The notes beneath the pieces were generated by a model. It saw nothing but the letters and a program-made list of their open reading frames with translations. It had not been told where the DNA came from and did not search any database. Positions 38,223-52,447 of a stretch of 64,000 bases of DNA are shown piece after piece. The position numbers and the translations under genes are program-made. The stretch is taken from NCBI GenBank assembly GCA_964016885.1, contig OZ024741.1, forward strand, positions 110,732,001 through 110,796,000. The letters run 5' to 3'. Origin of the DNA: Eledone cirrhosa. Its lineage: Eukaryota. Every line of letters begins with the position of its first letter. Positions within the stretch are counted from its first letter, which is position 1.

Positions 38223-40457
38223 TACATATACACAGATAGCCACACATACATTATTCGGCTCCTTCGGTATAGCACTCTTGAGCCTTTAAACCTCTATGCA
38301 GAAACAACACCTTGATTATATATATATCGTACAATCATTGAAATGGACATACATAGAAACATACATATTGTGTAATATACTGCAACCAGTGATAGCTATG
38401 AGGCGTAACATACGTGTGTGTTGTATGTATGAATTAAAATATTGCCACATACATATCTCTCAAATTCTTAAAGTTGCACATATCGCTCTCTCTCCCATTG
38501 TGTGTGTGTGTATACACACACACACATACTGACACATTAACATACACATATTAGAGTTCAACATTCTTAACAGGAGGAATGAGTGGTGTGTGTGGGGGAA
38601 GGAGGATGGTGATATGAGGTGTTTGTGACGACCGTGTGAACCGAGGAGGAAGTGTAGGGATATGTGTAGGAGGAATAGTTATAGGTACAGTTTCGGCAGG
38701 GACAGAAAAGGAGGAAGAGGAGGCGTGTGTGTGTGTATGTGTTAGCCTGTGACATTAAGAGATAGAGAAAGAGAGAGTTTATGTGTGTACGCGAGAGGGA
38801 GAAGGGGAGTTGTAGAGTAAGAGGAAAGAAACTGAGACATGAACTGATAAAGGAGGGAGAGGTCTAGTGCTGGGACATAGACAGAGAGAAGCTATATAAG
38901 AAAATGAAAGACACAAGACAGCTCTTACTCTCTCTATCTGACTATCTATTTCTCTCTCTCAGTTTATTATTTAGTATTTAATACTTTATAGCACGTTTGA
39001 CTGCTGGTCTGGTTGGCTATTCAGTGGGTACCTGGTGCTGTAGGGTACACCCAGCAGACACACATGTGTATTACAAACTATACACACAAATACATACATA
39101 TATATATATACTTGTGTAATTCCTTATATAAGGAATATACATATATATATTTACACTCACACATACACTCGAGAAAAGGATTAACTGCCTGGACGACTAT
39201 ACAACGAGCGGATATCGAACCGGTGTACCTAGTGCAATGCCTTTGGAATTTGGATTACTTAAGTGGTTACATAATTTCTGTGTGATATTTACCTGGGTAA
39301 GCAGGATAGACCAAAGTGAAGGATCCACCCACTCAAACAGGTGGAGATTGTCTAAAAGGTATCTTTAATATTGCACCTCTCTCTCTCTCTCTCTCTCATT
39401 TGTCACCTCCACTTCATGTCAGTATATGATTTTTAAACTCTACACACCGTTTCTGGTGTACCGCCTCCTGTCTGTTTTGGAATGTCGCTTCTGTTTGTGT
39501 GTAATATATACGTACATGTGAGCGGGTGTGAATATGTATGTATGCACATGTCTTCCTATATATTTGCGTGTGTGAATATAATTGTTTCTACTTTTGGCAC
39601 AAGGCCAGCAATTACCCAGTGCATTACTGGTACTTTATTATATCGACCCCGTAAGGATGAAAGGCAAAGTTAACCTTAGCGGGACTTGAACTCAGATCAT
39701 AAAGGGCCGTAACTCTTTGCTGCAAAGTATGGCGTCCGACCCTCTACCGATACCGCCAATCCATCGCCCTTGCGTGTGAATATAATTGTTTCTACTTTAG
39801 GCACAAGGCCAGCAGTTATCCCAGTGTATTACTGGTACTTTATTTTATCGACCCCGTAATAATGATAATGAAATTGTGTACGGTGCTCACGTGCGCTACA
39901 ACTCATCAAAGGTGCATGTATAGTACATAGAATAATGTACAAATGTATGTGTGTATGTGTGTGTGTATACCTATGTGTTTTTGTGAAATACGTGTATATT
40001 CATGTTTGAGTGTACATAGGAAAACAGTTTTCACCTCCAACGCTAGACGAATGTAATAATAATAAAAAAATGTCCATGAGAAATGTATATGTAATAAATT
40101 GTTGTGTCGATCAAACCACTCTTAATTGAGCAGGTCTATGATCAAAGGCATTCCAGTCATGAACATCCCGTCATTGTAGGGGCGGAGTACGTTGTACACT
40201 AGAGAAAGTTTATTGTAATGTGTTAGCTATATTTAAACTTGAAGATGTGTGTATTACATACTTCAAATTCTGTTACGTATGTTTGTTATATATATATATA
40301 TATTCTATACCTTTCATTTATATACTATAGAGTAAAGCATGTCCAGAGAATTATTTGATATATACATCATCTCTACTCCCAATCAGCATAATTAACCACA
40401 CAAAAAATCAATTATAAGAATAAAAGGCACCTATGAAGAAACAGTAAATAAATACGC

Positions 40458-40496
<39 letters not shown>

Positions 40497-40673
40497 TATT
40501 GTGTGTGTGCACATCTATATGCGTGTCAAAGACCTGTCAATCTTCCCTCTGCTCTCGATAGAACTTAAGACCATACGTAAGATGCAGACCTCCCGGGTGA
40601 TATTGTACGTATATATATGTAATATATATATATATATAACAAATTAAGATGATAAAAATAAGATTTTACTTAG

Positions 40674-40901
40674 TTTAATTCTTACAATTGTTTCAGTAGA
40701 ACACATAACTAGACAAACACATAACTAGACAAATCTACTACTACTACTACTATAATAATAACTAGCAGAATGGCCCGGCGTTGCTCGGGATTTGCTCTAG
40801 GGTTCTTATATATTTGATATATATTTATCCTTATCGAGCCTCGTGAAATAAATACGTTTGTTTATATTTTGTTATTGTGTATGCAAAAATATCTGTACAC
40901 G

Positions 40902-40932
<31 letters not shown>

Positions 40933-41647
40933 CAGATTAAAGTTTAAGCAAAGAATCGCTGCTTTCACTCTTAACGGGATCTTCTGAAACTAAAAAAAAT
41001 CAATCTGTGAATGCAGAAGTAAATATTTCGAAATGTTTTTGTGTATGCAAAAATATCTGTACACAAATATATAAATAACACTACAGAGAAGTACGGAATA
41101 CTTCGGCCTCGGGTTGGTATTTACATTTTGTGCTTATAAAAAAAAAATCGTCGTACATTACCAGGGTTTTTTCCGTTCGAGGAAAACCAATACTTTATCG
41201 CGAAATACACACACACACACACACGCACACGCACACGCACACGCACACGCACACGCACACGCACACGCACACGCTCACGCGCGCGCACCGCGTCATAATG
41301 ACGTAATGCAGACAGCCAGGCATACAGACAGATATTATAAGGGCGCGACGTTATATCTAAAAAGAGAAAGACTAAGAATTATAGAGAGAGATCGCTAAAT
41401 CGCCTAATGCGGTCCCTAGGGCATTGAAAAACACTCACGGGACCATAAGTATTACATGTGTAAAGTTTGAAAACAATCGGTTGGGTGGTTCTCGAGATTT
41501 AGTGATTGGACAGACAAACAGACATTCTCTGTTTTAGTAATATAGATAATAATATTGAAAATAATCATAATATAGGAAAAGGAAGAGTGTATATATTTAC
41601 TCTAGTTTGTGTTAAAAAAAAGCATTGTACTTCCTCAGAAAATTAAA
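40674..41647 (-). ncRNA. Hammerhead motif (family F) with long stem II interrupted by Helitron H3
   Basis: tttaatttt-CTGAGGA-AGTA (41647-41628) ... TACT-GAAA-CAATTG-TA-agaattaaa (40698-40674); stem I 9 bp; palindromic stem III. Confidence 0.7.
40762..41546 (-). mobile_element. Non-autonomous Helitron H3
   Basis: Minus strand starts TCtatattac; hairpin cccgagcaacgccggg then CTAG; A|T target. Confidence 0.8.
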
Positions 41648-41944
41648 CGCAATCATATATATATAAACAGTGAAATTCGGTTATAACGAAATTCACGGGG
41701 TATAAAAAAAAAATCGTTGTAATGAAAAATTCTTGCTAGTTTGAATATTAGAATTCACCTGCCAAAAAAGTTTATCAGAGCAGTTGGTCTATCTGTCTGT
41801 ACGTAGGTGGTGGGGTGCATACCAAGTCATCCACCTGTTCACTCAGATATTTTATGTCAACACTTGTAAGTTGCAGGATTTCTGTGACTCTCGATAGGGT
41901 GGTTGAGGGACAGCTTTCATGTGGATTACATACATGCAATCACT

Positions 41945-42345
41945 CTCCCCCTCGTTCCCTCCCTCTCTCTCTCTCCCCCTCGTTCCCTCCCTCTCTCTCT
42001 CCCCCTCGTTCCCTCCCTCCCTCTCTCCCCCTCGTTCCCTCCCTCCCTCCCTCCCTCTCTCCCCCTCGTTCCCTCCCTCCCTCCCTCTCTCCCCCTCGTT
42101 CCCTCCCTCCCTCCCTCTCACCCCCTCGTTCCCTCCCTCCCCCTCGTTCCCTCCCTCCCTCTCACCCCCTCGTTCCCTCCCTCCCCCTCGTTCCCTCCCT
42201 CCCTCTCGTTCCCTCCCTCCCTCTCTCTCTCCACACACACAAAGTCGCAAGGATATAATTTCTTACTATGTTTCACTTGTTGAGTAAAAAAACCACTGCA
42301 TGTTGACTATTCGATTTCCCCTTACAAAATCTGATAACTACTATA

Positions 42346-42439
<94 letters not shown>

Positions 42440-42480
42440 TTCTCTTTCTCTCTTTCTTTCTCTTTCTCTCTTTCTCTCTT

Positions 42481-42520
<40 letters not shown>
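41945..42520. repeat. Pyrimidine minisatellite (ccccctcgttccctccctcc variants) and (CT)n tract
   Basis: Visible at 41945-42232 and 42345-42520. Confidence 0.92.
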
Positions 42521-42522
<2 letters not shown>

Positions 42523-42702
42523 AGATGATCTTGCTTAGTGTGAAAGCAGAAATTCTTTGCGTAAACTTTTAATCTGCAATAATAATATTTGCTCTAAGGG
42601 GTTTATATATATACACACAACACTTATCGAGTCCTTTTTTGTTGTTTGTATTTATTACTATTTGGCTCCTTTGGTTGAACACTCTTCAGACTTAAACCCA
42701 CT

Positions 42703-44101
42703 ATGCAGAAACAGAACTTAAATATTTCTACTTAAAATATTCTGGTACCGAACAGTAAGACATACTTTAAAATGCTCATACTTTAAACTGCTTCTTTTCT
42801 AAAAAGAGTTCATTACATGCCTTCTATTTTTAACCACTAGGATATAGCTTATAAACACCAGGAAAAGTTTAAAATAACAATCCAAGTAACCCAGCCTTAT
42901 TACCTTTCCAAAAAGATATAATTGAACTAGTATTGAGTATCAAAAGAGAAGCATCTCCTTCAATTAGGATTTGAAGTATAGAATCTGACGGATAAAGGAT
43001 TCTAATGTTGTGCATGTTCACTCTTATAAAACTGGTAATCTATACCAAGTCAAGAGGAGTACCTACCACCAATTACTACATAAGGCTGTGACCTAAGATT
43101 ACTGGAAAACTGATCGGAGTGTAATTAACATCAATAATGGTGGTTTCAAAATCCCTTTCGAACTGAACCTCTGGACCCTATTACTCCTCATTTTACTCTG
43201 AATGATCATAAACCGAATTTCGATAACAACCTATCTATTCGACTCATTAACTCAGTTGGATTTAGGAATGGCTAATAGAATTATACCAAAAATTAAAGAT
43301 ATAGCCCTTTTTGTCTGTGGAATAATTCTTTTGCAGTGATTGGTTGGTTCAAGGCGAAACATAACAAGGAACACCGCCTTTTTCTCCAATTTGATATCAA
43401 CAACTATTATACTGCCATCTCCTTACCACTCCTAAGAGCTATTAATTTCACCAAAATGCTCAGCGATTAAGGATTTCAAAGTTGATGTCATCTTAAATGC
43501 TTGTAAGTCTGTGATAAATTTTGATAACTCAATTTGGTTTTTTAAAAAATCAAATAGTAGCGCTTTTGATGTGAGCATGGGTGCCAGCAATTCGACAGAG
43601 GTCACAGACCTTATTGGTCTATATTTACTCTTTTCCATCAAGGATGAATTCCCCAATGTCGGTGGGGGACTGTACCATGATGACTAAGTGTATACCCCGA
43701 GCTACTGGTTTAGAAAGGAGCTTATTGCTTTCTTTAAAGGTTTCAACCTTTGCACTCAAGTTGACACCAACCTATCTGGCGTGAATTTCCTCATATGTCG
43801 AATGGCTTGCAATACCCGTATAGAAAGCCTGGTATGTTAAATTACATTAGTATGCATTCTAACCATCCAGCCAGCATAACAAAAAAATCTGGTCAAAAAC
43901 ATCTCATTGAGGCTTTCTCATTTATCAGTTAATGAGTATATCTTCACCAATCATTCCACATATTACAATTAATCTCTAGCTTGGAACGGTAGAATACACA
44001 AACACAAAAGTAAGAAAAACAGATCCATACACATATATAACCCACCATATAATATTGAAATGGCCACACCAATAGCTAACTTACTTAGGAAGCATTTCCC
44101 C
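42703..44101 (+). pseudogene. Decayed Penelope-like element reverse transcriptase ORF
   Basis: Hand translation across stops and frameshifts, in the expected order: FTLNDHKPNFDNNLSIRLIN; FLQFDINNYYTAIS; FDVSMGASNSTEVTDLIGLYLL; GLYHDD; PYRKPGMLNYISMHSNHP; IYNPPYN...KHFP. Not in the ORF track. Confidence 0.8.
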
Positions 44102-44662
44102 TATTTTTTTTTCAGGTTCTTGAAAATGAAACTTTTTTGGGGGGCAATTTTTAAAATATTTATGTAAAGCCTATTTTGTTGCATGTCTACAAAATAATAT
44201 TCATTGCAAATATAATTTTTGGAGACAAGGATCTATATAGCATTGACATTGCCACTGTACTTACCAAATATATAAGACAATAAATATGTGACAAAAAATC
44301 AATGGTGAAACAGGATTGACTTGTATTCAAAGTCAATATTTTGCCGATTTTCTCCAACTTCAAAATTCTACATAAATGAGGCGCAAAAATATTTTCACTT
44401 TGAAGGTGAAATTACACCAGTTTCACTTTCATCTTGAAATTCATATTTCGTATTGTTTTTGATGTTTTGAATGAATAATGGCCTTGAAACGGTCAGAAAT
44501 TAGTAAAACATCATTACATAATGGAGTTGTGGAACTAAATCTATACTCTGACACTTAAAATATTTTAAATATCAAAATATTAAAACTTCATAAATATATT
44601 CCCCACCCATGACAATTTATAAAATGCACCATCTAAACATGTGTTGATTACATGTATCATTA

Positions 44663-45623
44663 TCTATAAAAGGCAGATTGTTGTTGTTGTGTGTATGTGT
44701 GTGTGCATGTTCCATGTTTATACAATTGCACAATTTCAAACTGATTCGACTCAGTCTGTAAGAATGTTGTAAATGGTCTAACTTAGGTCAACGACTATTT
44801 ATTTATTTCAAAATCACCCACAATTACGGAAATAATCGATAAAACTAAATACATGACGCTTTACCCCTCTAATAGAATCTGATTACCTCTCTCTACTCCC
44901 CTTAAACTTTGAGAGAGAGGGGGGAGAGAGAGAGAGAACGTTTGTTTTTGAGTGTGGAACAGTCAAACATTTATTTACTTCAATGACAAAGAGAACTTAT
45001 TACATTTCATACGAAACAACAATTATTCAAAAGCAACAGATAAATTTATTCAACAACAAAAAAAATAGCGATAAATCTTTTTTAAAACATCTATCAACGA
45101 ACGTGGAAGAAAGAAGTATCAGTTCATTTACTATACACAATAATATCCTCTATGAGGTCACTAAACCTGCTAGAAACAGCAGCTAACTCTCCCCCATATC
45201 ACACCACTCCCTACTGTCTTAAATTTAGAAAATATATCCTCTATGAGGTCACTAAACCTGCTAGAAACAGCAGCTAACTCTCCCCCATACCACACCCCTC
45301 CCTACTGTCTTAAATTTAGAATAAACACATTAGACAACCATGCAGAACAACTCCATCGCAGCTCTGTTGTTCGGCTGGCATCGTCTACGTGCATGTTGCG
45401 CAAGTACTGTGAAACAATAAATTTCAACACTTCTTTGCATAGAGATAATATCCATAGGCGAAACTACAATTGTCACTACTGGCGCAGCTCCTGCTTCGGC
45501 AGTCCAGGTCTGCAATTCATTCACCCAGTGCCTGGCAGACAAAAAAGTGCTGCCATAAAATGGGTGGTGCAACCTAACTTTGGTAACTTACTGACCCCGA
45601 GCAACGCCGGGCTTTAATGCTAG
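44663..45623 (+). mobile_element. Non-autonomous Helitron H4
   Basis: 5' a|TCtataaaagg; 3' cccgagcaacgccggg hairpin, CTAG|t; internal tandem duplication at about 45145-45325. The 5' end is less certain. Confidence 0.7.
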
Positions 45624-45756
45624 TTGGCTTATAAACGCAGTTTGGATTTTTGCCTATTTTTCAGACGCTTATAGTTGAGTATATATGGTAATTGTCTGAT
45701 ACAGTTGATGTTGAGTTCTCCAATGTCCAGTTAGTTTGAATATATAATACATTACT

Positions 45757-45908
45757 CAATGTCCATTTGGTGTCAATATATTGTACATTCTCCAATTTCC
45801 ATTTGGTGTCATTGTATTGTACATTCTCCAATGTCCATTTGGTGTCAATATATTATACATTCTCCAATGTCCATTTGGTGTCATTGTGTTGTACATTCTC
45901 CAATGTCC
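45757..45908. repeat. 36-bp minisatellite, about 4 copies with alternating variants
   Basis: Unit caatgtccatttggtgtcaatatattgtacattctc. Confidence 0.88.
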
Positions 45909-47002
45909 AATATACTCTTGACAGTTTAGACATAGCAGATATGGGTTTGTTGTACTTTTTCCATTGTCCACTTTAGACTTGCCAGTTTAACCCTTTCATT
46001 ACTATATTTTTAATGAAAAGCACCAACTATATTTTTCAATTAATTTTGAAAATAATCTTGTCTTTGGAACATAACTTAAAGGTTCTTAACATAAAATTAT
46101 GATGGAAAGTTTTTAATTACACATTTTGAAATAACAGCTTTGTATCATAGAACCAAGGACGTTTCACCAGATTTACCATCATCACCAACATTAGCACCTT
46201 CACTACCACCAATACTAATACCACCTGTACATCACCACCATATACGTATGTCAACATTTGCATCCTTAACAACACCACCACCACATATACCAACACCTGT
46301 ATCATTAACACTATCAACACCACCATTACCACATATACCAACACCCGTACTATCAACACCACCACTACATATACTAACACCATACTATCAACACTACCAC
46401 ATATACCAACACCCATACCATCAACACCACTATCACCACATATAGCAACACCCATACCATCAACACCACTATCACCACCTATAGCAACAGCCATCAACAC
46501 CATCACAACATGTAACCACACCTGTACATCTTCACCACTAGCTCCTTCACTATCAATACCACCAATTACATCAACAATAATGAAGACACTGTTCCTCCAC
46601 ACTAATTATAACTGTTATGTATACATACAATGTTTGGCTGTGAAACATAGTACTGGTGTTGCTGGTGTTGTAGGTATTGTAGTGGTGTTGGTATTGTAAT
46701 GTTGTAGTGGTGTTGTATATGTGTCTGGGTTGATTGGGAGAGATAGTGAAATGGCAGAATCTCTTCCTTCCCCTTCCCCACTTCAAACATCCACTCCTTT
46801 CAACACCCTTTCACTTGTTGCTTCAGTTAAATTCCTAACTAGTAATATACATTTGAAATTAGTTATATAGGTAGGTATACAGGTATCCTGTGATATCAAC
46901 TACTTTGTTGATTTGTCTATCATTCTTCTTTGGGTGATGGGTATTGTTGGTGGTAGGTGTCAATAAAATTCAATACCAGACAAGTACTGTGGCCTGACTT
47001 AG

Positions 47003-47227
47003 CCCTTTAGCATTTACATTACTCTGTATATACTAATTGTATTTTTACAGTAAAGGCTTCTTCATCTTAAATAATTATCTCACATAATATCGGATCTACG
47101 AGATTTTGATGTTATTTATTTTGTGAGCAATACCTTAATGTAGGTATGAGCAGCCAGTTACAGCCGGTTTGAACAGAAAGAGGTGAGAGAATTCTGGCCA
47201 GATATGGCCGGTTTAAATGCTAAAGGG
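47003..47227. mobile_element. piggyBac-type MITE
   Basis: TIRs ccctttagcattta and taaatgctaaaggg, flanked by TTAG and TTAA. Confidence 0.7.
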
Positions 47228-47866
47228 TTAAGTTCAAGAAGGGTGTATGTAGGAGTTTTATTTTCCCACAATCTCCCCAAATGTGTAGACTCGAGCCTAA
47301 ATCAGGTGTTAATACTATTATGCAGTGATATCTTCTTCAGTGACAACCTGGTGCATTCAGTGGAGACAGACCCAAACATCACTGCCCAACAATGACAAGC
47401 CAAATATTGCAAGCTGCCCAAGTATCAGCTATTCTCTGATAGAATTGACGTGGTGGAGACTTCCGATATTCTTGGTCCCCTGACTATCTCCTTACTTACT
47501 ACTATCCTGATGGGATGGGGGCTTTGCCACAAGAGTGAGATCCATGCAAGTAGGAATGGCTATTCCAACATATCTACCTTGCTATCCTATGAGGCAATGC
47601 TTTCTCCAATCTGTCCTCCACTGGGACCATAAGGCAGCCAGCACCTGATGCAGCAGGGAGATCTGTATACCAAAGAATGCTCCACACCCCTGCCTTATCA
47701 CTGCAATAATGATGCTTGAACATAGCCAGGTCATGTGAAAAGTGGTGATGGAAATAAAATTACAGGAAGTTACAGAAAAAATCATAAAAGGTTACATTTT
47801 GAGTTTTTCCACATACTATTATGAGTGTTGTTTATAGTGATGGTGGTGATACTGTGATAATGTCAT

Positions 47867-47916
<50 letters not shown>

Positions 47917-48105
47917 TATGCTACCCACAACTAGCCAGTCTGTGGGTAAGGGTGGTCCTAGATTCCTTGGCTGTCAGCTGTAGATAATAGAATGTATGAG
48001 TCACATAAAAATCTAAATCACACTACCCCTTCTCTCCATTGCAGTGTATGTAGTCTAGTTTGTAATATTTGTCTGTGTGTATGTGCATATATGCACGCGA
48101 GCGTG

Positions 48106-48136
<31 letters not shown>

Positions 48137-48330
48137 ATACACACATATATGCTTGTATATGTGATTGTGTATATATATATATATAATATATACACACACA
48201 TATATATACACACATATATATGCTTGTATGTAATTCATCATTCAAAACTTTCAAAAGATTTCTTGTGTGTTTATTTGAAACCCCCTTCACTTCCCTCTTA
48301 TATGCAACTCTTAACAGGTGTGTATGAGTG

Positions 48331-48387
<57 letters not shown>

Positions 48388-49364
48388 CTTTGATTTAAAC
48401 TTTTATTAGATTACAAAAGGAGTCAATCTCAGTGTCTCCTTTAATATTTGATGTCACTGTATATCACAGAAGTGGTCAGCTTCGGTGTTGTTTGATAAAT
48501 AATTGGTGTCATAGAGGGGTCATTTTAATGGATGTATTTTGTATACGATTTTTATTCATTTATGTTAGTTGATATTTCGTTTTTGAGGAGACCCATAGGA
48601 GCAATAATAGTAATTGAGAAGGCCACAGGATGTGTGACAAAAGAACTGACAATTAAATAGAATAATTAAATAAGCAACCTGGTTATTAAACTAACAGATG
48701 AATGGATTAGCGACTCAATTAATGATACACTGAAGTGAAACTCAACTAGTGTGTGTTTTTATTGGCAGCATGGCCCTTTCAAAGTATAACAATGTTTGAT
48801 AGTTCTACAAACATTTGTACCTATTATTTATACTTGGAAAGGATCATATTGCCTATAAAAACACAAATGCCAATTGAGTTTTAGTTGGGTGGGGTGGGGT
48901 TATTATTAGTTGGGGTAACTAATTCATTAATTGGTTTGTAAAGCAAACAAACAGCTCTTTCATCACACATTCTGTAACTCTCTCAATGATTCTTTTGGCC
49001 CTTTGTGTCTCTTTCTCATTTCAACTTTGTTCCAGTTACTTCAATGGTAGAAATGCAAAGAACCAAAATAGTCATTGAGAATGTCACAGAATGTGTAACG
49101 AAAGAACTATGATAATTAAATAACCACTTGGTTTTTAAACAAACCGATGAATAGGTTAATTACCTGACTAACAATAAAAACCTGAAGTAAAACCCAATTA
49201 AAGGGAATGTGTTTTCATTGGTAACATGACTCTACCAAATTATCACAATATCTGTCACTGTATCAACACAAAATTTCACATTGAGAATCTTGCAAAACAA
49301 ATGTAACAAAATGAAGTGTTTGTTCTTGTGTGTGTCTGTGTGTATACATATATATATATATATC

Positions 49365-49407
<43 letters not shown>

Positions 49408-49408
49408 A

Positions 49409-49487
49409 CAAGATGTCCCCCCAAAATGTATACACACTTCAACAGCATTCTAATAAACGTGGGTATACATTTTTAGAGGACACCCTG
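49409..49487. mobile_element. 79-bp Tc1/mariner-type MITE
   Basis: TA-flanked imperfect TIRs caagatgtccccccaaaatgtatac and gtatacatttttagaggacaccctg. Confidence 0.7.
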
Positions 49488-51247
49488 TATATATATCTTG
49501 GGTGAGAGCTATAGCAACAACATGGGAGGACCGAGCCCCTGTCAGTAAAACACCCAAGAAACCTCCTATGAGATATATCTTCATAGCAAGCCAGCTAAAT
49601 CTACATATGTGTGAGCTGTAACAACATGATAGAACTGGGGCTTCTAACATTAAAATCCCCAAGAAACCTCCTATGAGGCCAGCTAAACATACATAGGTGT
49701 GAGCTGTAAGAAACAGGGTGTTCTGTGAAGTAAAATGAAATGCTGTACCACCCCTCCCCTTCTTAGTAGTGAACTGGTAACACTTGTTATTAGTTATCTC
49801 ATTAGACCCCTAATTAATGAACAACTGGTAAGCTTTTATAATTATTTGTTAAAAAAAAAATTAACAAAAACCATTGGTTCAGATTAGCTTTCTGTGGAAA
49901 ATGTCAGCAATATTGTTGGTTAGATTGCTATGGCGATGACCCAGTTGTATCTTGGTTTTCATGTAGTTAATTATAGGTTGAAAGAAATAATTGATTACAA
50001 ATTAATAACCTTGATTTAATTATATTGAACTGGGCAATATATTTAAGGAGAACCTACATGATTGAGTCCCCCACCCCTTTGGGTAGACAACAAAAGCAAC
50101 AACAAGGAGATTAGGTAAAGATAAATAATTCTGACTCACAGGAAGTATTCAAATTATCTAGGTCAGAGTTCATAAGTTTGTTTAGTGTGGAATTTGGGGA
50201 TAGCTGAGGGTGTGTCCTAGGTTTATTTATTATTTATACTATTGTAATGTTTAACCCTTTCTATACAACTCTGCCTGAGGCTGCTCCTGGTTCTGTGAAG
50301 CATATCTGCCCACCACCTTTAATTACAATATTTTTTTATATGTAAATTTAAATCTTTTATAGTTGTATGTAGAACCATTTTATTATGTTAATGATAGAGA
50401 AGTTAGTAATTTTATTTCACTAAAGTTTTCCAGATTCTTGATTATTTTCAAGATTTATTGAAACCCAGAAGCTAAGTTTGTTATACTTTGGGAGGGTCAT
50501 GCTGTCAATAAAAACACATACACAAGTTGAGTTTCATTTCAGTATATTATGAGTTCAGTTTCATTTCAGTATATTATGAGTTGAGTTTCACTTCAGTATA
50601 TTATGAGTTGAGTAACTAATCCATTAATCAGTAAGTTTAGTAACCAGGTGGTTGTTTAATTGTTGTCAAAACTCTTTTGTTACACATTCTGTCACCTTCT
50701 CAATAACTATTCTTGTTCGTCTGTCTCCTCCTTGTTCTACCAATTCAATCCATTGAAATTGATGAATGGATTAGTTACTCAATTAATAATTGTTTCTAGT
50801 TTTGGCACAAGGCCAGCAGTTATCCCAGTGCATTACTGGTACTTGCACTGGGATAATTGCTGACCTTATACCAAAAGTAGAAACAGTGAAGTCAAAGTCA
50901 ATGTGTTTTATTGGCAACATGACCCTCCCAAAGTATAACAATATCTGTTTCAACATAAGATTTTACACCAAGAATCTTGCAAAACAAATGCAAAACCATA
51001 GGCTGAGTATTTTACTAGAAATATGGTAATGAGAAGTTAAAAGATTTCTGAGCTAGTGGGTCTGTAGATGGGTTAAACCTCTTCAGAAACTGTCAACAAG
51101 CTGAAATGGTTTTGTAATCAGAAAAAAGTGGTTGGTGATATAACTTGTTTCCTTCATAAATAGGCAGTAGGGTTTGCTGAATACTGAGAAATATCTTGAG
51201 TAAATGTATAGAATATTATGAATTTAAAAGATAGATGGTGGTGTTTT

Positions 51248-51278
<31 letters not shown>

Positions 51279-52099
51279 CATTTTTTTATATATCTGTTTT
51301 CCGTGCTAACATAGATTTAACAAAGGACAAAGCTTATATTGGCTTCATGTAATGTTAAGTGACAAGATTTCCCCCTTGAACAGGACACCTAACTGTCACT
51401 GGGTGCACTTAAACCTACTGCAGTTGATACTCATTTTCAGTTGAGTGGACCAGAGTTATGTAAATTGAAGCAGCTTGCTCAAGGAGACGCACACACACAC
51501 TGCCCATTCCAGGAATTGAACCTGTTACCTTACAATTCTAAGACCAACACAGTAACCATTAAGCCAGGCAATTGCACTGTAATAACCCCCCAACATAATT
51601 GTAATGTATGTAGCTCTTTCATGTCATCTTGATGTAACCCATCCACCACAATAGATTGGTGTTAAAAAGTAACAAATCAGGTCTGTTGATTAAATAGATT
51701 TAATCAATGTTAATTGTACAGTTATTTATGACTGAGGGCATTCATTCAGGTTGTATTGGTCTCTTTCTGTTCATGTGGTGAGGGAGTCTTATGTAGTGTA
51801 AACAGTATTTGGGAGCTGTTGTTGTATGACGTATATGAGTGCCTAATGTACTGTAAACAGTGTATATGTGAGGTGTTGTATAGTGCATCATCATCATCGT
51901 TTAACATCTATCTTCCACGCTAGCATGGGTTTAGACGGGAATTGTCCCACTTGAGGCAAGATTGGTTGTCTCGCTCGTATGGGACTGTCTGGCAGGTTTT
52001 CTACGGCTGGATGCCCTTATAATACATATATGCACTATACAACACATGCATATATATATATAATACATATATGCAGTATACAACACATATATACATATA

Positions 52100-52146
<47 letters not shown>

Positions 52147-52327
52147 AGGACTTCTGCTGGACTAGAACTGTTTAATTCATATGAAATCATCATATTCCTG
52201 GTGATTTCATATGAATGCAACAGTAGATATCATTTCTATATGAAATAAAGATGCTTATACTCTACCAACGTATTGAGTACCTTCTTTAATTGGGATCACC
52301 TCCCGATCCCATATTTGGGAATCTACC

Positions 52328-52365
<38 letters not shown>

Positions 52366-52403
52366 TGTACATGTCTTCTGCAGTATATATGTAAAGTGCT
52401 GTA

Positions 52404-52447
<44 letters not shown>

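Noticed and set aside
42640-42695. Lone CTGANGA cores here and near 47335, 51080 and 56180
   Set aside because: No matching GAAA box with closing stems; expected by chance.
45757-45908. 36-bp repeat as a possible CRISPR array
   Set aside because: Contiguous units with no unique spacers, no cas genes, eukaryotic context.
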